Shown piece by piece: positions 8,853 through 18,872 of a DNA stretch of 64,000 bases (position 1 is its first letter; each line of letters opens with the position of its first letter). Source of the DNA: Roseibacillus sp. (GTDB lineage: Bacteria; Verrucomicrobiota; Verrucomicrobiia; Verrucomicrobiales; Akkermansiaceae); assembly GCA_051251855.1 (NCBI GenBank), contig JBPOGI010000005.1:160001-224000 (forward strand), read 5' to 3'. A program made the position numbers and the translations under genes. The notes under the pieces were generated by a model. The model ran no database searches and was not told the origin of the DNA. It saw only the letters and a program-made list of their open reading frames with translations.

Positions 8853-8900
8853 AAAAAAGAACTCCGCGAAAAGCTCTCGTTAAAGAACCTTTGGCGGAGT
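8853..8900 (-). terminator. Intrinsic terminator of the TM2 gene
   Basis: ACTCCGC/GCGGAGT stem followed by a T-run on the minus strand. Confidence 0.6.
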
Positions 8901-8924
8901 GAAAGCTAAGTAGGGGTAAGTGAC

Positions 8925-9203
8925 TTAGAACCAGCCTTTATTACCGGTGATGTAGGTGTCGACGAACTCTTGGTCGCTCTTGGTGAGGTAGATAATTCCC
9001 TCGATGAGGCCGATGATGCTACCGGCTCCACACGTCACGAGTGAGACGACGAGTTGGATGATTCCTTCTTTCTGATATCCAAGGTAAAATTTGTGAATAC
9101 CAAGGCTACCAAGGAGGATTCCAAGGATACCTGCGACCATTTTCTTATCGGCTCCGGGGATTTGGGCGCCGCCTGCTGGTGGAGTGCTTTCTTCTGACAT
9201 CAA
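8925..9203 (-). CDS. TM2-domain (NINE) protein
   Basis: KKMVAGILGILLGSLGIHKFYLG; IEGIIYLTKSD. Confidence 0.92.
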   Translation of the reverse strand: MMSEESTPPAGGAQIPGADKKMVAGILGILLGSLGIHKFYLGYQKEGIIQLVVSLVTCGAGSIIGLIEGIIYLTKSDQEFVDTYITGNKGWF

Positions 9204-9296
9204 GACTAGAAAATCAGAAACCGTCGTGTTTTCAAGGATGGAATCACGTTCTCAAGACTTTTCGAGTCTGGAAAGAGGAGTTAGCGTCTCGGCGAG

Positions 9297-9836
9297 ATGG
9301 ACGATGTTTTTGCCGACTTTAGCAGTGATGAATACTTTATGCAGATGGCGCTGCGTGAGGCGCAAAAGGCATTGCGGGCGACCGAGGTGCCGATTGGGGC
9401 CGTGATTGTGCGGGGGATGGAGGTGATTGCGAAGGGCTGGAATCAAGTGGAAACGCTGAAGGATGCCACGGCTCATGCGGAGATGATTGCGCTGACTTCG
9501 GCTCAGGAGGCTTATGGGGATTGGCGTTTGGAGGGGTGCACTCTGTATGTGACGAAGGAGCCCTGCCCGATGTGTGCGGGGGCGATTGTGCATTGTCGTC
9601 CCGATCGGGTGGTCTTTGGGTGCGGGGATCCGAAGGGGGGAGCCGCAGGAGGCTGGATTAATTTATTGGAGTCGAATCCGCCGTTGAATCATCGTTGTGA
9701 GGTGACTTCTGGGGTTTTGGGCGATGAGTGCGGGGGGCTGATTCAAGGTTTTTTTCGCGAAGCGCGGGCAAAGAAGGCGGCGGCGAGGACGTTGGAAAAA
9801 TATGGGGATGAGGGGCCACCACCGGAGCAAAACTGA
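9297..9836 (+). CDS. tadA: tRNA adenosine(34) deaminase
   Basis: EVPIGAVIV, TAHAE, LYVTKEPCPMCAGA, DPKGGA, LNH. Confidence 0.92.
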   Translation: MDDVFADFSSDEYFMQMALREAQKALRATEVPIGAVIVRGMEVIAKGWNQVETLKDATAHAEMIALTSAQEAYGDWRLEGCTLYVTKEPCPMCAGAIVHCRPDRVVFGCGDPKGGAAGGWINLLESNPPLNHRCEVTSGVLGDECGGLIQGFFREARAKKAAARTLEKYGDEGPPPEQN

Positions 9837-9839
9837 GGG

Positions 9840-10253
9840 ATGAAGATGAGAGCAGTTATTTTGTGGTGGATTTTGATGGGGTTTGCGCAGGCGGATTTTG
9901 CGGTGGAGGTTTCGGGAGTGACTGGAAAAGAGGGGTTCGTGCGGGCGCTGGTGTTTGCGACGAAGGAGGGGTTTCCCGAGAGTCGGGGCAAGGCGATGAA
10001 GGGAATTTCGGTCAAGGCTTCAGAGGCAAAGGGTGGTAAGATTATGTTGAGGTTTGTGGGGGTGAAGGTGACGGAGGGGGTGGTGTCGGTTTTTCACGAT
10101 CAAGATGGTAGTGGAACGATGAAGAAGTCGCTGATTGGGGTGCCGAAGGAACCGGTGGCGATCTCGGGTTGGAGCGGAAAGGGGCGACCGAAATTTGAGA
10201 AGTGTTTTGGAAAATTGAGTGGGACGTTGCGAGTGGTTTTGAAGAAGATGTGA
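9840..10253 (+). CDS. DUF2141-family secreted protein
   Basis: Signal peptide; VFHDQDGSG...GVPKE..S; P.FE. Confidence 0.75.
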   Translation: MKMRAVILWWILMGFAQADFAVEVSGVTGKEGFVRALVFATKEGFPESRGKAMKGISVKASEAKGGKIMLRFVGVKVTEGVVSVFHDQDGSGTMKKSLIGVPKEPVAISGWSGKGRPKFEKCFGKLSGTLRVVLKKM

Positions 10254-10346
10254 ATTATCGAGGGTTAGCTTTAGTTGGAAGGGTCAGCTACGGATGGAAA
10301 AACAAGTCGCACGTGGGTAAAGCTGTGGTATTGGTCGTTCGCGAAA

Positions 10347-11870
10347 ATGGCTAAGAAACGTGTGATTGTAATTGGAGCCGGCCCTGGAGGTTTGGCGTCG
10401 GCGATGATTTTAGCCCACCGGGGTTTTGAGGTCACAGTTTTAGAGAAGAAGGAGCGCGTGGGGGGGCGGACTTCTTGTATTGAGCGAAATGGTTTCAAGT
10501 TCGATTTGGGGCCAACTTTCTTGCACCAGAAATTTACGCTGGATGAGATTTTTGCGGAGACGGGGCGGAAGTCGGAGGACTACATCGACTTTGTGGCTTT
10601 GAAGCCAATGTCGAAGTTGACTTGGGGGGACGTGAGCTTGGAAACGACCTCCGACCAGGACCAGATGGCGGAGAATATCGAGGCGGCGTTTCCGGGGCAC
10701 GCGGAGGGCTATCGTCGGTTCATGGAAGACCATGCGGTGAAGTTAAAGACGATTTTTCCGTGCTTACAGAAACCCTACTACAAGCTGACTCATTATTTGC
10801 GGAAAGAGATGCTGCGGGTGATGCCCTATGTCGCGACGCCGAAGAGTGTGGTCGATGTGTTAGAAAATTATTTTGAAGATGATCGGCTGAAGTTGGCGTT
10901 CACCTTTCAGTCGAAGTATCTGGGGATGAGCCCGTGGAAGTGTCCGGGACTCTTTAGTATTCTCAGTTACATCGAGTATCGTTACGGGATTTATCATACT
11001 CAAGGGGGGTTGGCCGCGATTCCGGAGGCGATGGCTAAGGTCGTTGAAGAGGAGGGGGGCACGGTGCGTCTGGGGACTGCCATCAAGGAGGTTCTTTTCT
11101 CAGGAAAGAGGGCGACGGGTGCTCTGTTAGAGAATGGCGAGAAGTTGGAGGCAGACGATGTGGTGATGAATTCGGACTACGCTCGCTCGATGACGACCTT
11201 GATGAATGGGCATTCGAAGAGTGATGAGGAGATGCGTGGTAAGAAGTTCTCGTGCTCAACTTTCATGCTCTATCTGGGGCTGGATAAACTTTATGCTGAG
11301 GAGCCGCATCATCACATTATTTTTGCCGATAACTACCGCAAGAATGTAGAGGAAATCGGAGGCGAGACGACGCCTTCGGAAGACATGTCCATCTACGTGA
11401 GGAATAGTAGCATCACGGATCCAACAGTGGCACCGGAGGGGATGTCGCAGCTCTATATCTTGGTGCCGACGATCAATACGCGTAATGGTCTCGATTGGGA
11501 GGTAACGAAGAAGGAGTATCGAGATAAGGTCTTGGCTCGCATTGAGGAGAAGACGGGGATGAAGGACTTGCGCGACCACATTGTGGAAGAGGTGATTTAT
11601 ACGCCGGAGAGCTGGCGGGATGAGGGGGATATTTTCCTCGGGGCCACTTTCAATCTCGCTCATACCATCGACCAGATGATGTACTTCCGGCCTCATAATC
11701 GTTTGGACGGATTTGAGAATGTCTATCTGGTGGGAGGGGGGACGCACCCGGGGAGTGGGCTACCGACGATTTTCGAGAGCGGGCGCATTTCATCGAACAT
11801 GCTTTGTGATGCGAGGAAGGTGGAGTACGGGAGAGCTGATCTCTCTACAGAGGTTTTGGCTGCGGGGTGA
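10347..11870 (+). CDS. crtI: Phytoene/diapophytoene desaturase (CrtI/CrtN family)
   Basis: Start at MAKKRV; GAGPGG, FDLGPT, YLGMSP, YLVGGGTHPGSGLP; CrtI versus CrtN not resolved. Confidence 0.82.
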   Translation: MAKKRVIVIGAGPGGLASAMILAHRGFEVTVLEKKERVGGRTSCIERNGFKFDLGPTFLHQKFTLDEIFAETGRKSEDYIDFVALKPMSKLTWGDVSLETTSDQDQMAENIEAAFPGHAEGYRRFMEDHAVKLKTIFPCLQKPYYKLTHYLRKEMLRVMPYVATPKSVVDVLENYFEDDRLKLAFTFQSKYLGMSPWKCPGLFSILSYIEYRYGIYHTQGGLAAIPEAMAKVVEEEGGTVRLGTAIKEVLFSGKRATGALLENGEKLEADDVVMNSDYARSMTTLMNGHSKSDEEMRGKKFSCSTFMLYLGLDKLYAEEPHHHIIFADNYRKNVEEIGGETTPSEDMSIYVRNSSITDPTVAPEGMSQLYILVPTINTRNGLDWEVTKKEYRDKVLARIEEKTGMKDLRDHIVEEVIYTPESWRDEGDIFLGATFNLAHTIDQMMYFRPHNRLDGFENVYLVGGGTHPGSGLPTIFESGRISSNMLCDARKVEYGRADLSTEVLAAG

Positions 11871-11957
11871 GTTTTTCGATCGTGTTGAGGAGTAGCAACT
11901 TGAGCGAGGGTTGATTCTTTGAAGTGGCCTTTTGTTGCTTAATGCTGTCTTTAGAGG

Positions 11958-12632
11958 GTGATGAGAACTTTTCTAGCTGCGCTCGTAGCCCCCTTTTTTC
12001 TAAGTAGCTGTGCGCAATTTTTCGTTAAGGAAAAGACTTACGAGACAGCGGGTGGCAGCGAGGTGAACGGTGCTGCGGTGACGAGCGCGGTGAAGGGTAT
12101 GGGTGGAAAGGCAGGAATCTCGGTCTCGGCGATGGTCTACAATGCGGCGACGGGCGAGACTGACGGGCCGTTTCTCTGGCGTATCGAGGCGCGGGGTCAA
12201 GAAGGAGTTCATGAATCGCTTACGGTTCATAGCTTGCGGGTGAAGACTGAGAAGACGAAGCGTAACGAGCCTTTTCCAAGTAAGTGGCTGAACAAGGCGG
12301 CTCCTTTTGAAGAGATGAAGGGGAAAAAGAATGAGGGGGTTGTTTTTGCGAAGTTTCAGCTGCCAGGCAAGTTGGAGGTGTTTCCCGAGGTTGATGGGCA
12401 AATCACGATGGAGGCCGATCTTTCGGTGAAAGCAAATGGGCGAACGGAACGCAAGAAGCTCAGCTTTGTGATGGAACCTCAAGTGGGCCGCAGGAATGAG
12501 ATGATCTTTCTTCCGAAGGAAATTGTAACGAGCTTTGGCAAAAAGGATCCTACGGAATGGACTTGGAATAATACTCCGGGGGCAGATCGCTATGGTGATG
12601 AGTTCTGGGGCGCCGATGGGCGGGGCTATTGA
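11958..12632 (+). CDS. Hypothetical lipoprotein
   Basis: Lipobox FLSSC; coding-like codon usage. Confidence 0.7.
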   Translation: MMRTFLAALVAPFFLSSCAQFFVKEKTYETAGGSEVNGAAVTSAVKGMGGKAGISVSAMVYNAATGETDGPFLWRIEARGQEGVHESLTVHSLRVKTEKTKRNEPFPSKWLNKAAPFEEMKGKKNEGVVFAKFQLPGKLEVFPEVDGQITMEADLSVKANGRTERKKLSFVMEPQVGRRNEMIFLPKEIVTSFGKKDPTEWTWNNTPGADRYGDEFWGADGRGY

Positions 12633-12666
12633 TTTGCACCCTGCAGATTTTTGCCAGGGTTTGGCT

Positions 12667-13605
12667 CTAATCAAGAGCTTCGAAGTCGAGGATGAGTCCC
12701 TTGCTTTTCCAAAAGAGGATAAGCTTTTTTTCAAGGTCGGCGGGGACTTTTTCTAAAGGGTTGGATTGGGTGTTTCGCTTGTCGGTGAGTCTTTGCTGGA
12801 AAAAATCTGACAGTTGTCCTCGGCGTTTTGATCCGCCTTCCAAGTAATAGTGTGCCAGAAGGAGGGCTGCGGCGTAGGAGCGATAGCGGTCTTCGGGGGG
12901 GGCGAGACGATTGGTGCGAATCCATTCTTTCGAGGAAAGGGAAGCGACTTCAGCGAGCCGCGGTAGGACGAGAATTGGGAAACGTTCGTGGGGGTAAAAC
13001 TTGCGAATGTGCTGCTGAATTTTTCGCTGAGTGTCTGTAAAGTCGTAGCGGCCCTTTCCAAGATGGCAGCTCGAAAAATACTCGGCGATTCCTTCGGCTA
13101 ACCACGGGGGGATGGCTCCGTATCGATGCATGGCGAGGTGGCAAAGCTCATGGATCAGGAGGTCGCCATCGGGACTCAGCTGCAAGCTTGTTCCAGTTGC
13201 TTGAGGAGGGTTGAGCAGTAAGTCGCCTCGGACGAGGACGATTGCTTGTCGGCCGTGGTAGTAACCTGCTGCTCCGAGAGGACCTCCTCTTGCGACGAAG
13301 CTGGTTTCGTCTCGGCAGAGCCGGATTTCAACCTTGGAGTCTTGGGGAGGGACCCAAAGTGAAAGCGGGAGGGATTGGAAGAGGCGGGGGACGCTCTCGA
13401 TGACTTGGGTAAAATCAAGAAGCCGCTGCTTGGGGAGTTCGGTCTCGCTGACGAGGATGAAGTGAGGGGTTTCCCAAGCGAGGGCCTCATCTTTATTGGG
13501 TAGTCGTTTGAGTTTAGGCGGGGTGGTCTCAAAGTGAGTGGGCCACTTTTCCTGCGCGGGTAAGGGGAGAATGAGAAGAGCAAAAAGAAGCACTACCGCT
13601 GGCAT
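12667..13605 (-). CDS. Secreted zinc metallopeptidase-like protein (DUF1570/gluzincin type)
   Basis: Signal peptide; HELCH...PPWLAEGIAEYF. Confidence 0.72.
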   Translation of the reverse strand: MPAVVLLFALLILPLPAQEKWPTHFETTPPKLKRLPNKDEALAWETPHFILVSETELPKQRLLDFTQVIESVPRLFQSLPLSLWVPPQDSKVEIRLCRDETSFVARGGPLGAAGYYHGRQAIVLVRGDLLLNPPQATGTSLQLSPDGDLLIHELCHLAMHRYGAIPPWLAEGIAEYFSSCHLGKGRYDFTDTQRKIQQHIRKFYPHERFPILVLPRLAEVASLSSKEWIRTNRLAPPEDRYRSYAAALLLAHYYLEGGSKRRGQLSDFFQQRLTDKRNTQSNPLEKVPADLEKKLILFWKSKGLILDFEALD

Positions 13606-13814
13606 AGAGGAACGATAAGAGGGGATGTTACCGAAAAGAAGCGGACTTTTGTGTGAATTGTTCTGGAAAAGGGGCGTTGTGAGTGTTGAGGGCGACTTTT
13701 CTAGATGAAATGAGAAGAACGTGGCGTTTTATAAAGGGAGAAAGTCCCTCCAAAGGTGTTGCCGTTCTCAGGGCTCGCAAAGACCCAAAAATGATGCATC
13801 GTAGTTGAAATCAA

Positions 13815-16028
13815 ATGAAGCAAATCGCGATAATTTTCCTCGCTTGGGCGACAGTTTTTTGTCCTGCCCAAGAAGAAGCGGCAGCCCAGCCAGAGTTGAG
13901 CCCAGAGGAGTTGGAGCTCCGTGAGCAGGCTTTGATGATTGCCGATTTTGACGGTCAACGGCGTCGTCGACCGGAGGATGCTTCGGTTGAAACGCGTACA
14001 AATGCGCGAGCCATTACTCGTATCGTCCCTGCGCCGCGCGGAATTATCACCGACCGGAAGGGGCGTCCCATGGCGCGCAACAAGGTGGCCTACTATTTTG
14101 GGGTTCAGTTTCCACAGTTCGCTAACGACGTCACGGATGAGGATGTCATTGCGTGGTCTCAGCGGCGCTTGGATCAGGTGGCTGAGTTGGTGGGCAAAGA
14201 GGTGACCGTTAAGGATAAGGATCTTCTTGCGCATTATCGTGAGCGCCGCTGGGTGCCGATGCTTTTACCTCACTTGGCTGATGGGGATCAGAAGTCACGC
14301 TGGGAGCCGAAGTTGATGCGAGGTCTTCAGTTTCAGGGGATTTACTTGCGGGACTATCCTGCCAAGTCAGCAGCGGCACATATTATTGGCTATGTGCGTA
14401 GTTTAGGAAAGTTGCCCAAGGGGCCGATTCTTTCTGATGAGCCTATTTGGGAACAGACTTATGGCGAAGAGGGGCTCGAGAATACCCTTGATGATGAGCT
14501 GACGGGGACGCCCGGGGAATGGACCTTGCTGGTGGATGAAAACGGCGACCGTCTCCAAGACGAGCTGACGAAGGCTCCGGTGATTGGCAATACGGTGGTG
14601 ACTACTTTGGACCTGACATGGCAGGAGCATGCGGAATCAGTGTTAAGGCGTTCTTGTCGCCGAGGTGCCTTCGTCGTGGTCGACATTCAGACGGGTGAGA
14701 TTCTCGTTTTGGCTTCGCGCCCGAGCTACGATATTAATAAGTGGATTCCTTTCATCTCGACCGACGATTACAATGAGCTGCGCGAAGATGAGACGTCACC
14801 GATGTTCGCGCGCGCTTTTCGGGGGGCTTATCCACCGGCTTCAACTTTTAAGCCTGTGGTTGCGGTGGCGGCGCTGACTACAGGTGAGATTTCCGAGTGG
14901 TCGAAGTTCAACTGCCCACCCTTTATTACAATCGGTTCTCGCAAGTTTCATAACCACAGCAGCCGCCATGCGGGGATGGTGGACGTGAAGCTCGCGCTGG
15001 CAATTTCGAACAACCCATGGTTTTACCAAGTGGGAATGAAGGTGGGGCCGACTTCGTTCTTATCAGTGGCTCGGCGAATGGGCTTTGGGGTTCGGACGGG
15101 TGTTCCGCTTTACAATGAGTCCCCTGGAAGAATTCCCACTCAGGAGTATATGATTCAAAAGGAGGGTCGCCCTTTCACCGATGGTGATACCGCTAACTCC
15201 GCGATTGGACAAGGCTATGTGGCGGCGACGCCCTTGCAGGTGGCGCAGGCGATGGCGGCGCTGGGTAATGGTGAAATTCTGCCTCAGATGCGATTGATTC
15301 GTCAGATTCAAGACCACGAAGGAGGAGTGTTGGAGGCCACCGTGCCGACGAAGAGAAATTCTTTAGGTATTACCGCAAGTTCCGCTCGTATTGCACGCAC
15401 GGGTATGATGCAGGTGGTTAATGCAAAATACGGAACAGGTAAAAAAGGGGGAGTGAGTTTTTGCCGGGTGGCCGGTAAGACGGGAACCGCGCAGTGGCGT
15501 GGTAGCGGCCGTAACAAGCAGGAGCTGGCTTGGTTTTCGGGGTTTCTACCCTACGATAATCCACGTTTTGCCTTTGCGGTTTTATACGAAGGTTCTCCTG
15601 GTCAGTCGGTGAGTGGAGGCAACTATGCCGCACCAATGGTGGGTCGTTTCTTCAATCGCTTTTCGGGCGAAATTATGCAGAAAGCGCGCACCAAAATCGC
15701 TTTGCCAACTGATGAGATGGAGGAAGAGGAGGTCGATGATAGTGCAGAGGAGATGGAGCGCGACGAACAGCGCGAGCTCATTCTACGAGCGCTTCCTATC
15801 GACGGTGCGGGAACAATGCCAACGCCACAGCCTGGAGGAGCTGACGAAGGTTCTAATGGAGGGATGCTCAACAATACCCCTACTCTTCGTCCCTTGCAGC
15901 GTGCCCCTGAGAACGAGGGCTTATTGCGAGCGGTGCCTGTGCCCGATGATATCGAAGAAGAGGTGGTCCCTGCACTCGAGCCAACAACCGAGTCGGGTGC
16001 GATTCCTGCCCTGCCGATTGTGGAATAG
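13815..16028 (+). CDS. Class B penicillin-binding protein (PBP2/MrdA-like), paralogue 1
   Basis: PAPRGIITDR, RxYP, STFK, SNN, KTGT; long acidic Pro-rich C-terminal tail. Confidence 0.92.
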   Translation: MKQIAIIFLAWATVFCPAQEEAAAQPELSPEELELREQALMIADFDGQRRRRPEDASVETRTNARAITRIVPAPRGIITDRKGRPMARNKVAYYFGVQFPQFANDVTDEDVIAWSQRRLDQVAELVGKEVTVKDKDLLAHYRERRWVPMLLPHLADGDQKSRWEPKLMRGLQFQGIYLRDYPAKSAAAHIIGYVRSLGKLPKGPILSDEPIWEQTYGEEGLENTLDDELTGTPGEWTLLVDENGDRLQDELTKAPVIGNTVVTTLDLTWQEHAESVLRRSCRRGAFVVVDIQTGEILVLASRPSYDINKWIPFISTDDYNELREDETSPMFARAFRGAYPPASTFKPVVAVAALTTGEISEWSKFNCPPFITIGSRKFHNHSSRHAGMVDVKLALAISNNPWFYQVGMKVGPTSFLSVARRMGFGVRTGVPLYNESPGRIPTQEYMIQKEGRPFTDGDTANSAIGQGYVAATPLQVAQAMAALGNGEILPQMRLIRQIQDHEGGVLEATVPTKRNSLGITASSARIARTGMMQVVNAKYGTGKKGGVSFCRVAGKTGTAQWRGSGRNKQELAWFSGFLPYDNPRFAFAVLYEGSPGQSVSGGNYAAPMVGRFFNRFSGEIMQKARTKIALPTDEMEEEEVDDSAEEMERDEQRELILRALPIDGAGTMPTPQPGGADEGSNGGMLNNTPTLRPLQRAPENEGLLRAVPVPDDIEEEVVPALEPTTESGAIPALPIVE

Positions 16029-16112
16029 GTTTTCGATTTGTTCGGTGGGGAGGTTCGAAACCTTTCTGAGTAGAGTTCTTGCGCTGGGCTAAACGTTTTC
16101 ATTGAATGGAAG

Positions 16113-18032
16113 GTGATGAAAACAAATCAGTCGCTGAACGCGCTTCTCGTAGTGGGAGCTTGGCTTTGTGGGTGCGCCTTCTTGGGGGCTGATGCCAATG
16201 AGGGTGGGGCTGCTTTTCCTGAAAAAAAGAAAGCGCCTGCGGATGCTGTTCGCGTGATTACTCGGAAGATTCCGGCTCCGCGCGGTTCCATTACGGATCG
16301 GAATGGTCGAGTGATGGCTGGTAATCGAGAGGTTTATTACTTTGCTCTGCAATTTCCACAGTTCTCCGCAGAGGTGACGAATGAGGAGGTGTTGAAATGG
16401 TCACGGGAAAGGCTTGAGCAAGTGGTGGAACTGGCAGGGGAAGAGGTCGCCGTCAAAGATGAAGCGCTTATGAGCCACTACCAAGAGCGTCGTTGGGTGC
16501 CGATGCTTCTGCCTTACTTGGCGGAATCAAAGCAAAAAGGGGAGTTGGAGCCCAAGCTAAAGGAGGGGTTAAGATTCCAAAAAGTTGACTTGCGTGACTA
16601 TCCTGCGAAGTCGACAGCGGCCCATGTCATTGGCTATGTGCGCAGTCGAGGGAAGTTGCCAAAGGGACCGATTGAGGAAGGGGAGCCAATGTGGGAGGAA
16701 ACTTTTGGTCAGGAAGGTTTGGAGAGGACTTTGGAGAAGAAGTTGGCGGGGCAGCCGGGGAAGTTGACCTTAAGTGTGAGCGAATCTGGGGAGCGAATCG
16801 CTGAGGAATTGACCCAGTTGCCTGTTACTGGAAATACAGTAGTGACGACTCTGGACCTCACTTGGCAGGAGCACGCAGAGTCGGTGCTGAAGAGGTCCTG
16901 CCGGAGGGGAGCCTTTGTGGTATTGGATATCGAGACGGGAGAGATTCTGGTGCTGGCATCGCGTCCCAGCTACGATATCAACAAGTGGATTCCTGCTATT
17001 TCGTCCGAAGATTTTAACAGGTTACGTGAAGATAAGGCCTCTCCAATGTATGCTAGGGCGTATCAAGGAGCCTATCCTCCGGCTTCAACCTTTAAGCCCG
17101 TGGTGGCGGTGACAGCTTTGACGACAGGGGTTATTACAGAGTGGACGAAGTTCAATTGCCCGCCCTACGTCACGATTGGCTCTCGCAAGTTTCACAACCA
17201 TAGTAAGGAGCACGCTGGAATGGTGGACGTGAAGAAGGCTCTGGCAACTTCGAACAATCCTTGGTTCTATCAAGTAGGGATGAAGGTGGGGCCGACGGCG
17301 TTTCTTTCGGTGGCACGCCGGATGGGTTATGGGGTCCGCACGGGGGTGCCGCTTTACAATGAGGCGCCCGGTCTGATTCCGACTCAGGAGTATATGAAAG
17401 AGAAAGAAGGCCGTCCCTTCACGGATGGTGACACCGCGAACTCGGCGATAGGGCAGGGTTATGTTTCGGCGACGCCATTGCAGGTGGCGCAGTCGATGGC
17501 GGCTCTGGGCGATGGCGAGAATCTGCCGCAATTGCGATTGATTCGAGAGATTCGGGATTCGAAAGGAGCGGTTTTGGAAGCGACGAAGCCAGCGAAGAGA
17601 AATTCTTTAGGTATTACGGATCGTTCGAGTCGAATTGTTCGTAAGGGGATGATGCAGGTGGTGAATGCCAGTTATGGGACGGGTAAGAAGGGTGGAACGA
17701 GCTTCTGTCGGGTGTCTGGTAAGACGGGAACCGCGCAATGGCGGGGTTCAGGGAAGACCAAACAGGAGTTGGCGTGGTTTGCGGGGTTCTTACCCGATGA
17801 GAATCCGCGCTATGCGTTCGCGATTTTGTATGAAGGGACGCCTGGTCAGTCGGTCAGCGGAGGAAGCTATGCGGCACCGATGGTGGGTCGCTTTTTTAAC
17901 AAGTTTAAGGATGAGATTATGGCTAAAATTGGTGCCAAAGCTGAGACTCCGGATGATGATGCCGCGAGAGAGGCTGTTTCTAAGCCTGCTGCTGACCAAG
18001 AAGAAGCGGTCCCGGCTGCGATTGAGGAGTAG
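16113..18032 (+). CDS. Class B penicillin-binding protein (PBP2/MrdA-like), paralogue 2
   Basis: Same motifs (STFK, SNN, KTGT); highly similar to the upstream gene. Confidence 0.92.
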   Translation: MMKTNQSLNALLVVGAWLCGCAFLGADANEGGAAFPEKKKAPADAVRVITRKIPAPRGSITDRNGRVMAGNREVYYFALQFPQFSAEVTNEEVLKWSRERLEQVVELAGEEVAVKDEALMSHYQERRWVPMLLPYLAESKQKGELEPKLKEGLRFQKVDLRDYPAKSTAAHVIGYVRSRGKLPKGPIEEGEPMWEETFGQEGLERTLEKKLAGQPGKLTLSVSESGERIAEELTQLPVTGNTVVTTLDLTWQEHAESVLKRSCRRGAFVVLDIETGEILVLASRPSYDINKWIPAISSEDFNRLREDKASPMYARAYQGAYPPASTFKPVVAVTALTTGVITEWTKFNCPPYVTIGSRKFHNHSKEHAGMVDVKKALATSNNPWFYQVGMKVGPTAFLSVARRMGYGVRTGVPLYNEAPGLIPTQEYMKEKEGRPFTDGDTANSAIGQGYVSATPLQVAQSMAALGDGENLPQLRLIREIRDSKGAVLEATKPAKRNSLGITDRSSRIVRKGMMQVVNASYGTGKKGGTSFCRVSGKTGTAQWRGSGKTKQELAWFAGFLPDENPRYAFAILYEGTPGQSVSGGSYAAPMVGRFFNKFKDEIMAKIGAKAETPDDDAAREAVSKPAADQEEAVPAAIEE

Positions 18033-18118
18033 CTTCAAGAGGTTGAGATGCTATAGGTGAGAGTGATGTTCGTATCGAGGTTATCGATGAGGTTAATGGC
18101 CAGCGTTTTGGTAGTTTC

Positions 18119-18817
18119 TTGCTGATGAACGAAACAAAGTCTTCAGCTCTCGCGTGGCATTACTTGTTGCCTGCTCTTTTGGTCCCCTTGTTGGGGTCCT
18201 TATTTTATTTCGTGTGGTTGCCTGGGAACGCCTTTGCGCAATTGACCTATGGTGCGACCAAAGTCTTTACGCTGGTCTATCCGCTCTGCTTTGTGGGGTG
18301 GAAAGACTTGTTCACGGAGCGTCCGGTAGTGAGTTGGAAGAAGGTGATGGGCTGGGGAATGGGCTCGGGACTTTTGATTTGTGGTGCGGGAGTGTTGTTA
18401 ATGGTTTCGCCGGTTGGGGAGATGATTCGGGCGGGGGCGGGTCCGATTCAGGAGAAGGGTGAGTTGTTGGGCTTTACGGAGCATTTTCTGCTCTTTGCGG
18501 TCTTCATTTCTCTCTTTCACTCAGCCTTGGAGGAATATTACTGGCGTGGTTTTGTTTTTGGAAAATTGCGGGGGCGGGTGGGGGAGATGGCGAGTCACGT
18601 CCTCGCGGCTTTGGCCTTTGCGGCACACCACCTGGTTGTCACTTGGCAGTTTTTTGACCCTCCCTTGGCGATTTTCTTAGCGTTCTGTGTGGCGGTGGGA
18701 GGTTTTCTTTGGACTTTGCTCTATCAAAAACAGGGAACGCTCTTGGGATGTTGGCTGAGCCACCTTTGCGTAGACGTTCTGCTCATGGTGGTGGGGTATC
18801 AATTGATTATGAGCTGA
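18119..18817 (+). CDS. CPBP (CAAX/Abi) intramembrane metalloprotease
   Basis: EEYYWRG, FAAHH, SHxxxD. Confidence 0.88.
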   Translation: MLMNETKSSALAWHYLLPALLVPLLGSLFYFVWLPGNAFAQLTYGATKVFTLVYPLCFVGWKDLFTERPVVSWKKVMGWGMGSGLLICGAGVLLMVSPVGEMIRAGAGPIQEKGELLGFTEHFLLFAVFISLFHSALEEYYWRGFVFGKLRGRVGEMASHVLAALAFAAHHLVVTWQFFDPPLAIFLAFCVAVGGFLWTLLYQKQGTLLGCWLSHLCVDVLLMVVGYQLIMS

Positions 18818-18872
18818 TGCCGTTTTTCGAAATCATTGGACAGGTTGCCGTTTGAGGTGAACTTGCTCGGTT

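Noticed and set aside
10347..11870. Carotenoid biosynthetic cluster
   Set aside because: Only a lone desaturase is present; no crtB/crtM or other crt genes are adjacent
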